The translations under genes were made by a program, and so were the position numbers. The notes beneath the pieces are model-generated. The model was not told where the DNA came from. It did not search any database and saw only the letters and a list, made by a program, of their open reading frames with translations. A DNA stretch of 64,000 nt, taken from Eledone cirrhosa. Taxonomy: Eukaryota. Location: contig OZ024745.1 of NCBI GenBank assembly GCA_964016885.1, positions 74,710,001-74,774,000 of the forward strand, written 5' to 3'. This document shows positions 1-14,178 of the stretch, piece after piece; position 1 is the first letter of the stretch, and the number at the start of each line of letters is the position of its first letter.

Positions 1-551
1 TCAGCATATAGCATATCCAGATATGCTGTTGTAGGATGACCTCTACTTCTATTACCGTACACAGGTTTCCATAAAAGAACACAGCTGATGCACTTGTACC
101 AAGTTACTTGCCTTTGGGACATTTGTAGGCTATGCGTGCATGATTTGGCTAAGTCAGGCCAATTGTGAGCCGCGCACAAATATATATTATCAACTTCTGC
201 CCAAACAAAGATTTTTCCGCTTCTTTCATATATACACTCTCTTGCTGCTTGGACATTGAAAGGAAAGGACATTATTATGTAGCAGTGAGATCTTCACTTT
301 GGCCTGTCGGTCTCCTTAGGCCTGGCACATGCCACATTCACTTCTTAACTCTTAATTTGTTTGTTCCTTTATTTGATATGTCAATCCAAAAACATGTAAG
401 AATGTTATCGGAGACTTTACGACTGATTCCACAAACATTCACTTCTCTCACACTTAACAAACTGTTACATTAAAACTAAACCTCTAACTGCTATACTTTA
501 GCCTAACAAAAACCATACCTTTCCTGCTACAACAAATATACATTATATTAA

Positions 552-582
<31 letters not shown>

Positions 583-1765
583 TATATTTCTGCTAAACAC
601 TCATTTTTTGTCCAGTAACAATGTCCCATAAAACGTATCCTCCTTAGCATAACAATATCTGAAACAGGAGGCCTGTCCAGATAGAGACCTCTATTTGTGA
701 CTCTCTGTCATCAAGATATGTTGAAAGCATGTCTCAAGAGTCTTGTGTAACATCCTTTTAGTCTTTTGTCGAGGGTTTTATTAAGTGTCTATGCTTCCAA
801 CCTGTAGAGTAACACACTTTCAACTGTGGCTTTGAAGAACATACACTTTAGTCTCCTTGAGAGAGATGATTGCCATATTTTCTTAAGTTTGTTTACGGCC
901 GACCGTGTTAAGGCTTTTCTGATGTTGATTTCTTTTTCTGTTGACGAGATCCATGCTCCGAGATATTTGAAATCAGAAACTTCTTTAATAGTTTCGCCAT
1001 TTGAAGTGCTCAGCTGACTATGTGTATTAAATATCATAAATTTGGTCTTGGTCTCATTTATTTTCAACCCTACTTTTATTGCTGCCTCTTCCAGCTGAAT
1101 GAAAAGAGTTTGAGCATCTGCTATATTGTTTGATATTAGAGAGATGTCATCTGCATAATTCATGTCAGTGATAATATTCTCAGAATGAAGTTGTTTCCTA
1201 GCAGTGTTTCAGTTTAAAGTAAAACCGCAATTCGCAAGACCTTGAACAGTACATATAACCACATAATGTATCACTATAATAAAAATGTATGGAGACAGAG
1301 TACCACCCTGAAGTACTCTATTCTTAATTTCAAAGAAATCGGTCTTGCCATCATCAGACATGACTTTTGCCAAGGTATTCTTGTACATGACACCAATGGC
1401 TCGAACAATTCTGTGAGGGAACCCATAAATTTGAAGAATTTTCAGCATCTTCTCTTGATGTATTGAATCGAAGGCCTTTTTAAAGTCTATAAATGTTAAA
1501 ACTACTGGAAGGTTCTTCGACTTGACGCCCTCAATAATTCGTCTAAGAGTCAAAATTTGAAAGATTGTAGAATGACCTTGTCTGAACCCGTTTTGATTAA
1601 TCCTCAATAGAGGTTCAACATGAGGTCATATCCTATTCAGCAACATCTTGTTATACACTTTTGCTGCAATTGATGTAAGACTTATTCCTCGATAGTTTTC
1701 AAGAAGAGTAAGATTACCCTTTTTGTTAATGGGAATAATGCCACTCTTTGACCTTATTTTGGGTT
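1..1765 (-). mobile_element. Decayed RTE/RTE-X-like LINE ORF2 (RT to C-terminus), interrupted at ~90-590
   Basis: Minus-strand translation gives NYRGISLTSIAAKVYNKMLL, NQNGFR, FIDFKKAFDS, VLQGGTLSP, YADD, RRIRFMGHC and, at 1-90, VLLWKPVYGNRSRGHPTTAYLDML. There are frameshifts and an (ATT)n tract at ~543-590. Confidence 0.8.
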
Positions 1766-1789
1766 TATTTCCATTAAAAAAAGATAAGA

Positions 1790-3240
1790 GAATAAGACTC
1801 AAACCTCATAGGTGCACAGGTGTATTCAATAATAAGGTTTCTCATGGAATAAAATCTCTCAAATGTTCAGAAGGCTCCCTTGAAGTAGTAGAAAACATTC
1901 ACTAACTAGGTGACTTCATTAGTAAGGGAGAATGACGGGGTATCGAACGTTTTGTAGCCAGAGTGAGAACAAGGTAGAAGTTTAGAGATCTGTGGCCTCT
2001 GTTGGCAACAAAGTGTGTCTCTCTTAAAATGAAATGCAGATTATATAACTGTAATGCTACACGACAGCGAGAAAGCACGAGTAAACTAAGAGAAAGACCG
2101 ATTAAAAGAGAGACAACAATTTTATTTAAAAAGTGCTGTGTGTTTCAAGTAAACAGAACCTGTGGAAGACATGGGACATGTTGTGAAGAATGACCTCAAG
2201 AACTAAACTTCACAAAGAGATGACATAACACTGAGTTGACTGGCGATATGCAATATTAACAAAAGACTTAATCATCAACATAAACATTGCGACGCTGAAA
2301 GTAACTGTGACAAGAGACCAGAAACTTCAAGGAACGGAGAGGGGCCTTTAATCTACAGCGGACGAGACAACCTCTCTAGCAATAGTCATAATGGGACGTA
2401 CTTAGAATCCACCCATACTCTCGTATAGTGCTGGTTGGACAAAAAAAATCAACTAGAGAGGACCCTCTCGTGATGTGGAGTACTTAACAAGATATATAGT
2501 GTTGGTGCTACGATAAAATGCACCTGTTACAATCTGTAAAGTGGGTGTCGATTGAACAGAGACATTAAAGTGTATAGGAACTTGTTCTTAGCTAAATAGT
2601 TATCTTGCAGCTGTCAAACTAGGTCGATGTCATGTGTAGTGTATCTCTCTGACATAAAGTCAAACAGCATCTCATCAAAACAATCTCTAGTGCTGGTGCT
2701 ACAATAAAACCTTCTAATAAAATCTGTAGAGTACTAGTGTTAATACCATCATAAAATATATCCCATATATTCTGTCAAGTGCTGATAAACTATACCCCGT
2801 ACAATCAATAAGATGGTTGCGATTAGGAAGGGCATCGAGCCATACAAACTATGCCAAATATGGAATGTATGAGAAACATGATTCCTCTCCGACTCGTTTA
2901 ATCTCGAACTGTGACAACACACCCAACTTATGCCAGTATGGATAGCAGGCGCTATATGATGATTGTGATAGAATACGAAGCATGGAACATTAATTTTTAC
3001 CTTACTATAACAATAAAATTATAATCATTAATATTCACCTTACCTTGATATAATTATAAACATAAATATTCTCCATAAAATGATATAACTATAAACAGTA
3101 AGATGACCTGAACACTGTATCTTGAAACTATCACAAGTTAAATCGACAATGTAACCGGTGTCTTTATAATTTTTCTCCCCTACGACAATAGTACCGATGT
3201 CGTACGTTCAACTATAACTATTTCAATTGTATCCAACACA
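1790..3240 (-). repeat. Third copy of the ZF upstream module (old RTE debris plus intron start plus putative exon 1), implying another ZF gene beyond the left edge
   Basis: Colinear with ~19300-20870 (direct) and ~27170-28750 (inverted). It contains the GGTGTCTTT..TTTTCTCC block at ~3150-3210. Confidence 0.7.
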
Positions 3241-4094
3241 TAGTAAAAAATAAAGACATTAACAAACAAAATAACTAATGAGTTGACTTTATTAAAAATG
3301 CGAAGGATTAGGATTACAAGTAACGAGCTAGTCACGGCAAGTCTATCTTTCATTATAGTTCTGCTCCATTAGGCTCATGAGACAAACACCCTTCTTTCAA
3401 TTTCTTATTTAAAACGAATAATCCTCGGACACTTAACATTTTAGAGAGCTGACTATTGAATACATTTATATAATATATTGAAAATGATTTTCTATGAACC
3501 ATCTCGATTTAAATCAATATCTACTGCAGCAGATAATGCAGATCTGAGATAGTTAGAAGGAAATGAGGCATGTATGTTCCATTGAATGTGTAATGTAAGT
3601 AAGAATGAAGGAAGGAATATGGACGAGTTACACAGAAATATATGTATACTCACATACACTCTCACACATATACTTGTCAGTCATCACGTGTAGATGTGTG
3701 TGTATTTAATTCTTTGTGTATCTAAGGCCTAACATACATAATGAATGCACCAACACATACACACTCATATACAAAATGTGACGTGTCGCTGTAGTGTTAT
3801 AGAATGTCTGTTTCATATAGTTGACTACAGAAAAATTATTTTGGATAAAATGCTATATAGTTTTAATCCAAATGAAAATAAAAATTACATGTTGACACTC
3901 GCAGAGTCTAATACTATTACCTTATAAAATTTGATTTGATTTGGTCGAGCCATTTGAGAATGCATAAGGAAAAGACAAGAGACAAAGAATTTTATATAGA
4001 GAGAGATATACATATATGGAAAAATTAGCTTTAAAATCATTTCTAGTAATTTCTTACATGTTTCGAGAGAGTTGTACATTGAATTATTCAAATA

Positions 4095-4277
4095 ATTGTT
4101 TCTACTTTTGGCACAAGGCCAGCAATTACCCAGTGTATTACTGGTACTTTATTTTATCGACCCCCGTAAGGATGAAAGGCAAAATTAACCTCGGAGGGAT
4201 TTGAACTCAGATCATAAAGGGACGTAACTCTAAGCTTCAAAGCATGGTGTCCGACTCTCTACCGATACTACCAATGT
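4095..4277 (-). mobile_element. tRNA-derived SINE
   Basis: Minus strand: A-box-like TGGTAGTATCGG, B box GTTCAAATCC, central GCCTTTCATCCTTACGGGGGTCGATAAAATAAAGTACCAG, tail GGCCTTGTGCCAAAAGTAGAAAC. A near-identical copy is at 19782-19957. Confidence 0.75.
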
Positions 4278-4289
4278 TAAGTGAAAATA

Positions 4290-5345
4290 TTGTTAACCAG
4301 GTAATACTAGAAGGTGCCATACCAAAAGATTGGTGCAGTAGCATCATTGTCAACTGCTACAAAGGTAAAGGCGATGCACTAGATAGAGGAAACTATAGAG
4401 GTATAAAGTTGATGGACCAGGTCATGAAAGTAACAGAAAGAGTTATAGCACAGTTGATTAGGGACCGGGTGGAAATAGACGAGATGCAATTTGGGTTTGT
4501 ACCAGGAAGAGGCACCACTGATGCCCTCTTCCTTGTGAGGCAATTACAGGAAAAGTACCTAGCTAAAAGTAAGCCACTCTACTTGGCATTTGTCGACCTT
4601 GAGAAAGCCTTTGACAGAGTTCCACGTGCTGTAATCTGGTGGGCTCTTAGAAAACTAGGAGTAGATGAATGGCTTGTGAAAGCGGTACAAGCCATGTATA
4701 GGGGAGCAGTCAGCAAAGTTAGGATTAGCAATGAGTATAGCGAGGAATTTAGCGTACAGGTTGGTGTCCACCAGGGCTCTGTTCTTAGCCCCCTCCTGTT
4801 CATCATAGTCCTGCAGGCAATAACGGAGGAGTTTAAGACCGGATGCCCATGGGAACTCCTGTATGCTGATGACCTCGCACTTATAGCTGAATCTATGGTA
4901 GAACTAGAGAATAAATTCCAAACTTGGAAGCAGGGACTAAAGAAAGGGTCTCAAAGTCAACATGACAAAGACTAAGGTCCTTGTAAGTAGACAAGAAAAC
5001 AACCCAGATCCCCTCAGGGAAATGGCCTTGCTCAGTATGTAGGAAAGGTGTAGGTAGGAACTCCATTCTCTGCCCCAAATGCAAACAATGGGTACACAAG
5101 AGATGTAGCGGGATCTCAGGAAGCTTAATTAAGAATGTAGGCTTCACATGCAGTAGCTGTGCTGGGAGAGCAAGCAGCAAACAGCCACAGGAAACAAGTA
5201 CCACCAATCTCTGGGAGGGCTCTGTAGAAACAGTAGACAGCTTCTGCTACCTAGGTGACTGAATTAGCAGCCGAGGTGGGTGCTCGGAAAGTACAATAAC
5301 TAGGGTAAGAACGGGATGGAAGAAGTTCAGGGAACTACTGCCACA
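4290..5345 (+). mobile_element. Young RTE-clade LINE fragment (RT), truncated at both ends, frameshifted
   Basis: ORF 4244..4975 has NYRGIKLMD, QFGF, FVDLEKAFDRVPR, GVHQGSVLSP, LLYADD. It is nearly identical to the copies at 14.6-16.3 kb and 16.9-18.4 kb. Confidence 0.92.
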
Positions 5346-6822
5346 GCTTTGAATGAACATATTTCCAGAACACCTTACTGTCAGGATTGGTTGCTATGCA
5401 CTGTTCAAATTCAAGCACTACCTTTTTTCTGTTGGCATCCGATTTATGCAGTTTATATTCCTGTTCAGCGTTCCAACGTTCTTTCCTGGCAAGTCGGATC
5501 ACTGAAGTTTCCCAAATTGCACTTTTGGGGTGGTTTTTTTTCTGCTTACGTGGCACCGATGCTGCACACACTATCCATATTGAGTCCAGGATGCTCTGGA
5601 GTATAGTGTTCACATCTCCAGAGTTATAGAACTCATACCAGTTTCAGCGCTGTAGCTCAGTGCAGTACAAGTTCCAATCTGCTTTCTTCCAATCAAAACA
5701 AGCAGATTAGAGATGATTCTGGTCTTTGTTGCTGCCCGCAAGTGCCAGATTGGCAATGATCATAGCATGATCAGAGTCGCCTAGAGGTTCCTCAGTAGTA
5801 CAACTGATAACCACTTCAGGAGTAGTGGTGAAGATCAGGTCCAAAGTGTTGTCACCTCTTGTTGGAGAGGTGACTACTTGTGACCAGTTTGAGTCCAGCA
5901 CTAGCTCAAGGAAATCGTTTGCACTTTGTGGCCAATGAAAGGTTTCCCAATCGATCTCAGGATGATTGAGGTCACCTGCAATAAACACATAAGTGGCTGT
6001 GTGTCCTGATGGTAGTTTGGGGGGCGATAAACAACACCAAGCAGAAGTGTTGACATGGTCATACGTGTGTCACAAAAAAAAACTTCTTCTTGTGATTCGT
6101 TCAAATCAATGCAAGAAATTACCGAAAAGTTTGAATGAAAATAGACCATCACACCACCACCACGGCGATTAATGCGGTCCTTGCGGAAAAGGTTGTACCC
6201 AGTAATGCTGAAAACCCCATCACAGAGTAAGGAATGTGCCCATGTTTCCATGACTGTATTGAAGTCAGGGTTGATGCTTCTGACGTAGGAGTTAAACAGA
6301 TGTATCTTGTTGCATAAACTGCAAGCATTTAAGGAAAATTTGTACCCTGCTTGGAGTTTATGATGGTGTGTAGAGGATGGCAGGTTGTTCTGGTTTAGTT
6401 TTTTCATTGCCAGTTATTGTGGGTAGAGCACACTCAGACCAGCTGGTATCTCTCTTGCACGTTTCACCAGCCTTAACAAACCTCCAGATCTGCCCATCAT
6501 CACGCAGACTAAAACTTTCATGTTGTGCTGAGTTCCGATTCAAGGAAGCTGCAGCACATAGCTTTGGACGTACATTGGGTGGTAGGCCTGGGCGTGTTCG
6601 GAAGGTAATCCGATTTTCATGCCCAGCTTTAACAGAGGCCAGATGATATGAAATTGCCTCAGCAGGGTCCGAAAAAGACAGCCTGATGAGTCTGGGTTTT
6701 GGACCAGGTCGACCAAGGAGGAGAGCACCCTTTGGGGGAACACAGCCTAGGTCCTTGGCTGAACTGGCAGCAAATGCCTAAAGATCAGCCTTATCCTCTG
6801 GTACCCCAATGGCAATTACTTC
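5346..6822 (-). mobile_element. CR1/L2-group LINE fragment (ORF1 3' part plus APE endonuclease)
   Basis: LNACSLCNK, ETW, RGGGV, VYRPP, AGDLNHP, TLDLIF, SDH motifs. Reverse complement of ~38570-40050. Confidence 0.9.
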
Positions 6823-7674
6823 TGTGCTCTACTGAGTGCATTTTAGCAGAGCACCAACACTAGGTAGATTGCCATTTCTTTGACTCAGCTAAGGAGTCCA
6901 CCCAATACTTTATTTGGCAGGTTATCTATAGCTTGTTGTTTCCCCATGTCATCAAACACTTTAGAGTATTCTGTAAGTCACCTTGTGAACTTGACACAAC
7001 TGAAGAGTCCTCCTGTGTGTTTTTTTTGGCATGGTTTTTATAGATGGATGTCCTTCCCATCACAAACCACCTTTCAGAATATACTGAGTGCATTTTTCCT
7101 GGCACCAGCACAAGAGAGGTCATAGTGTTGTAACTGAAGGGTTCTTTCAGCACTTTTGGCATGTCTTCTATGGCTGGAAGCCCTTCTTAACACCAACCAC
7201 TTCTAAGGAGGTTGTTGGTCACAGACTCAACTGAAGAGTCCTATCTACCATATTGGAGTGTTTATAAAAGTAGGTGTCAGTGAGAGTTTTCTGTCATAAA
7301 ATACCAACACAAAATGTACCATACAACCTATGTTATTATGGAAATGTAAACATAAAATAATGACAAATAATGAGATAAACTTTATTAAACAAAATATTTT
7401 TTTTAGAAATTTTGCACCTTTAAAGTATTTAAGTGTGAATGAAAATTTTAAAAATAGACATTATCTTGCCCAGAAAATACTGATTAACAAATAATAGTTT
7501 ATAAGATTGATTTACATATAAATGTCAATATTATCTCACAAATTTCACTGATTAAATTTGAAATAAGTTTCTCAGTTATTTTATAGTGGCAGACTTCTCC
7601 AGTACTTCATGTCACCAATCTTCATGGTCCTTTGTCATCTCTATTATGAGATTCAGCTTCATAATCTAGACACA

Positions 7675-10600
7675 TTGAGAAAGTCACTGAATCTGTAACC
7701 CACTGCCATTGGTGTATCAGAAGACATAGATGATCTTCAGGCATTTGCTGCCAGCCCATCCAAAGACCTAGGCTGTGCTCCCCTAAAGGGTGCTCTCTGC
7801 ATTGGTCAACCAGGTCCGAAACCCAGGCTAATTAGGGTTTTTCAAACTCTACTGAAGCACATTCATACCTATTAACCTCTAATAAAGCTAGACGTGAAAA
7901 TCGGATCACCTTTTGAACACGCCTTTGCCTACCACCTGATGTACATCCAAAGCTACGCACTGCAGCTTCCTTAAATCGCAACTCAGCACAACATGAAAGC
8001 TTCATCCAGATGAGGATGGGCAAATATGGAAATTTATTAAGGCTGGTGAAACATGGAAAAGTGATACCAGCTGGTCTGAACACACTGTACCCACAATAGC
8101 TGGCAATGAAAAAACTGGGAAACTAAATCAGAACAACCTGCCATCCCCTACACATCATCATAAACTGAAATCAAGGTACAAATTGTTCACCTTAAATGCT
8201 CATAGTCTATGCAACAAAATAAATCTTTTTGATTGTTACGTCAAAAGTATCGACCCTGATTTCATTACAGTCATGGAAACATTGGCACATTCCTTACTCT
8301 GTGATGGTTTCACAAAGACTGCATCAATTTTCGTGGTGGTGGTGGTGGTGTGATGGTCTATGTTCGTTCAAACTTTTCAGCAATTCCTTACGTTGATTTG
8401 AACCAATCACAAGAAGTATTTTTCTGTGATATACGTATGAACATGTCAACACTGCTATGATCATTGCCAATCCGTCTCTTATGGGCAGTAACAAAAACCA
8501 CAACCATCTCAAAACTGCTCGCTTTGACTGGAATAAAGCAGACTGGAACTCTTACTGCATCAAGCTACAACGCCCAAACTGGCTTGAATTTTACGACTCT
8601 GGAGATGTGAACACTATACTTCAGAACATCCTGAACTCAATATAGACAGCATGTGCTGCATCAGTGCCACTTAAGCAGAAAAAACATCCCAAAAGTGCAA
8701 TTTGGGAGACTGCAGTCGTCTGACTTGCCAGGAAAGAACGCTGTAATGCTGAACAGGATTACAGACTGCATAAATCAGATATCAATAGAAAAAAGCAAAA
8801 TAAATCCTCAAACCATCTCAAGCAGGTGACAAAAAAGGCAGTGCTTGAATTTGAATAACACATAGCAACCAATCCTGACAGTAAGGTGTTCTGGAAATAT
8901 GTACATTCAAAGCAGAGACCTCACTCTCCAGTTGGTCCTCTTCACAATCCCCACACAAGCCAGATTACTAATGATCGCAAAGTATGCACATAACTCATTG
9001 CCGAATGCTATGCAGGCATTTTTACTGTTGAGAACCAAAATGTACCATCTCCACTACCTCTGATATCAATTTCTATAACAACTATGGAATTTACACCTGC
9101 AATGATGCAACATCACCTTAAGAATAAGCGCAACTATGCCTCTCCTGGTCTTGATGATGTTACGTACCTGCTTCTCAAAAGTGGTGGGTACTTCCTTCTG
9201 CACCAGCTTTCACTCTTCTTTCAATTCTGTCATTACAATGGTGCTACTCCTGAGGAGGGGAAAACTGCCAGTGTCATTCCTCTGTTCAAAAAGAGTGACC
9301 GCACTGGAACTTCTGGAATTCTCACAGTCTTATCCGGCCTACGCAATTTGGATTTATCCCTAACTCCAGCTGTTGTGATCAACTTATCGAGTTTCTTGAA
9401 GACATTACTCAGATCACTGATGGCGGCTCATGGGTGGATGTTGTTTACCTTGACTTTGCTAAAGCTTTTAATTGAGCCACACAAAAGACTTATGGCAAAA
9501 TTCTCTGCAATGGGTGTGAAAGATGATCTTTTTAACTGGTTGAAATCCTTCATTCTCAGTCGAAGAGAGATAGTCATGGTTCTAGGACAGCATTCCTCAC
9601 CGTATGAGATGTCATCTGGTGTACCACAGGAATCTGTTCTTGGTCCTCTTTTGTTTGTTGCATATATTAATGACATAGATGCCAACTTAAAGAATGCCAC
9701 GGTACTGAAATATATGCAGAAGACATTAAGCTGTACCTTGAGATAAAAAGGACAGATCCTGAACACTATAGATCTTTCCTGCAATCGGACCTGGACACAA
9801 TGCAGCAATGGATCACGGACTGACAACTGAAGCTGATTGTGGACAAGTGTACCACCATGCATTTTGGGAGGAAAAACCCAGCATCCACATACTCCCTCCA
9901 TAACACTAATATCAAGAAGTCTTATTGTGAAAGTGACCTGGGCATTACTGTCAGCAGTGATTTGTGTTGGTCAAAGCACACCTCTAAAATTGTTAAGAGA
10001 GCCGAGGGTGTCTTAGCATCACTCAGCAAGACCTTTGTCAGCTGCTCTCCAGCTATCTATTTAAAGCTGTATACAGCTATCTATTTAAAGCTGTATACAG
10101 CTATGGTGCGGCTACACTTGGAATTTGCATCACCAGTCTGGAACCCCTATCTTGCTCAGAACATTGACCTCCTGGAAACTGTTCAGAGACGTGCAACCAA
10201 GTGCATACCCTCCATCAGACACCTACCATACTCTGAACACCTTGCTTCCCTGGGTATGAATACATTGAAGATCCGACGTCTGGCAACTATGTTGGTAAAC
10301 ACCCACAAAATTATTAACCATCTTGCCAACAACAACCCTGAGTACCTTTTTGATTTCCATGTGTCTAACACACGTGAGCATGCCTACAAAGTCAGAAAAG
10401 AGCAAAGCTCCCATGACTTTCAGAAACATTTTTTTCATGCTCAGAGTTGCTGAAGCATGGAACAAACTCCCGGCATCAGTTGTTAGCTGCTGAGACACAG
10501 CATCCTTTAAAACCTCCATGCTTCCTGAAATTTGCCAACACTACACCTGATGCCCCCCCCCCCCCCCCCCTCCGTACACACGCACACATGTATATCATGA

Positions 10601-10695
10601 CTCATACACTGCTCACTTTCCTGACATTTGTGCATTATTCTATGTACTATACATGCACCTGAGCACTATACACAATAGTTTCATTATTATTATCT
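7675..10695 (+). mobile_element. Decayed CR1/L2-group LINE (older subfamily) with internal deletions, 3' UTR and (ATT)n tail
   Basis: Colinear with 38545-42023: GVPQESVLGP, HLEFASPVWNPY. Has a 24-bp tandem duplication (AIYLKLYT twice) at ~10052-10103, poly-C at ~10553-10570, and a possible ATCTAGA TSD. Confidence 0.9.
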
Positions 10696-11849
10696 AGATA
10701 GACTGAGCAAGATATGGGATGAGGTGGAAAGGACCTAACTTAAGAAGCTGAACCTCACAATCGATTAGAAAAGACTGCAAGGATTTGCGACATGCTGTGC
10801 TAGTGAAAACCTGCCTATCAGACAAAAATGTGATCTAACCTCAGCAATTCACATACTGCCTCTCAAATATGCCACTATCACCCCTTAGAAGCTATCCAAC
10901 TATCACTGTACACTCCCACCTCTTTCATGCCTCCTACAAACCACTCCCCTAGCCTCCATAGTAGCTATTTTCAACATCACTGTAGACCCTCACATCTAGT
11001 CTACCCAGGATCAGCTTCACCCTGCTTAAATCCTACCACCCACACTCCAAGATCTTTCCCTCTAAAACACTGACACGTCAGTCATAATCCCTTAGTAGTT
11101 GTTATCACCACAGTTGGAGGTCACACCTAATTTCCTCCCTTCACACTATCAAATCTTAACACGTTTGGTACTAACCTAACTAATCCATAGGTTATTGAGG
11201 GCTTTTCAATTGAATCAAGGACTGAACAACCTCTCTAGTGTTGGTAATCTAGAGAATAAAAACACCTAGTACACTCTGTAAAGTGGTTGGTGATAGGCAG
11301 GTCATCTAGCCATAGAAAACTTTCCAAACAAAATGCTGGAGTGACTCTTTAGTTGTATCAAAGACATTCCAATATCCCAAGTTTTCGTTCCACAATAAAA
11401 TGCAGTTAGTAGAGTACATGATCATATGTAAGCAAGACACAACCCTTGTCCCTTTGGAAAAATCAATAAAGTATGGAAAGGTATGTAAACAAGTTGCTGG
11501 CCCCTAGACAATATGTCCAACCCTTGCTAGCAGGGAAAACAGACATTCTACAATAATGATGATGATGATAGTTTTACTTCTGTTTAGAGAAATATTTTCA
11601 ACTAATCTTCTAAATATTATTTTTCTCTTCTATATATTTGTTGTTTAACAACTAACTTTTGAATAAGAATGATTTTTCACAAATTTTACATATGTAAGGT
11701 TTTAACCCGTTTCCTCAATCATAATTAAATAAATTGAGTCTCTGTTAAACAGATTGTAATGACAAATAACAGAAAATAAATCTTCCTCCAGTCTGTGAAT
11801 ACTAGTACAATTTTTAAAGGTAAATACTAAACACTATTTTCTTATGTGC

Positions 11850-12621
<772 letters not shown>

Positions 12622-14178
12622 TCATATGTGTGTTCTTTTGTGTGATGTTAAACCACTGTTAGAAATAAAAGATTTCCCACATATTTCACAGCAATAAATT
12701 TTATTTCCATTGTGTATTTTTTTATGTTTTGTTAAAATACTTTTAACAGAAAAGGATTTTTTGCATATTTGACAACAATATGGTTTCTCTCCAGTGTGTG
12801 TTCTTTTGTGGTTTTTAAGTTTGGTATTTTCAGTGAAAGATTTCCCACATATTTCACAATGAAATGGTTTTTCCCCAGTGTGTATTCTTTTGTGTATAGT
12901 TAAATGACAGGTATAGACAAAAGATTTTCCACAGATTTCACAATAGACTTTTTCTCCAGTGTGTAATTTATTATGTGCTTTTAAGTGACTACTAGTGATA
13001 AAGGATTTTTCACATATTTCACAATGATAGTCTTTTTCCCCAGTATGTCCACGTATGTGTATAGTAAGATGACAATTCCGAGTGAAAGATTTCCCGCATA
13101 TCTCACAATGATATGGTTTTTCTCCAGTGTGTGTTCTTCTGTGTGAGGTTAAATTACTTTTGGAGACAAAAGATTTCCCACATATTTCACAATGGTGAAG
13201 TTTTTCTTCAGAGTGTGTTCTTTTATGAGTGGTTAAACTATTGTTTGAAACAAAAGATTTTTCACACATTTCACAGGGATAGAGTTTTTCTCCAGCGTGT
13301 GTTCTTTTGTGTGATATTAAACTACTGTCAGAAACAAAAGATTTTCCACAGATTTCACAGGAGTAGAATTTTTCCCTAGTATGTATATTTTGGTGCACTG
13401 TCAACTTACTCTTACAAGCAAAAGACTTCCCACATATTTCACAATTATAAGGTTTTTCTCCTGTATGACTACGAATGTGGATAACAAGATAAAAATTATT
13501 AACATAAGATTTACCACATATTTCACAGTAGTAGAGGTTTTCTCCAGTGTGGAGTTTTTTGTGTTGTGTTAACTTTCTGTTACAAGCATAAGATTTCCCA
13601 CATATTTCACAGTAGTAGGGCCTTTCACCTGTATGTAATCGTTTGTGTATTGTTAAAGTACCTTTAGAAGCAAAAGATTTTCCACATATGTCACAATGAT
13701 AGGGTCTTTCTCCACTATGTATTCTCTTGTGTATTGTTAAAATGATCTGAGAGGCAAAAAATTTCCCACACTGTTCACAGTGATAAGGTTTTTCTCCAGT
13801 GTGCATTCTCTTGTGGATTATAAGCCTAGAATTCCTAATGAACATTTTGCCACATATTTCACATTGTAACGGCTTCTTTCCAGTGTGTATTCTGTTATGT
13901 ATTTCTAGTTGATTGTTATTGATAAAATATTTCCCACATATTTTACAATGATACATTTCCTTCATGTGTATTTCTTTGTGTGTGATTACTTCATGTTCTG
14001 AAGAGAATGATTTACAACAAATCTCACAGAGATATTCACTAATATTTCTCTGTACCGATATTTGTTCTGTAAATGTTTCACTACATAAAGGTTTCTCATC
14101 ATTGTATGTCTCTGTAACTGAATCTATATTGTTATAAACTGTTTCGTTAGAATTGTCAAAGTGATTAGCTTCATCCAT
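12622..14178 (-). CDS. ZF-1: C2H2 zinc-finger protein, 518 aa, ~17 fingers, acidic N-terminus
   Basis: Intact ORF with tandem CxxC-x12-HxxxH and TGEKPY linkers. Putative acceptor TTTTTCAG at 14523-14530 and donor at 20745. Confidence 0.92.
   Translation of the reverse strand: MDEANHFDNSNETVYNNIDSVTETYNDEKPLCSETFTEQISVQRNISEYLCEICCKSFSSEHEVITHKEIHMKEMYHCKICGKYFINNNQLEIHNRIHTGKKPLQCEICGKMFIRNSRLIIHKRMHTGEKPYHCEQCGKFFASQIILTIHKRIHSGERPYHCDICGKSFASKGTLTIHKRLHTGERPYYCEICGKSYACNRKLTQHKKLHTGENLYYCEICGKSYVNNFYLVIHIRSHTGEKPYNCEICGKSFACKSKLTVHQNIHTREKFYSCEICGKSFVSDSSLISHKRTHAGEKLYPCEMCEKSFVSNNSLTTHKRTHSEEKLHHCEICGKSFVSKSNLTSHRRTHTGEKPYHCEICGKSFTRNCHLTIHIRGHTGEKDYHCEICEKSFITSSHLKAHNKLHTGEKVYCEICGKSFVYTCHLTIHKRIHTGEKPFHCEICGKSFTENTKLKNHKRTHTGEKPYCCQICKKSFSVKSILTKHKKIHNGNKIYCCEICGKSFISNSGLTSHKRTHI

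Noticed and set aside
12622-14178. Assigning vertebrate ZNF gene symbols
   Set aside because: Similarity would only reflect generic C2H2 repeats. No orthology can be supported.
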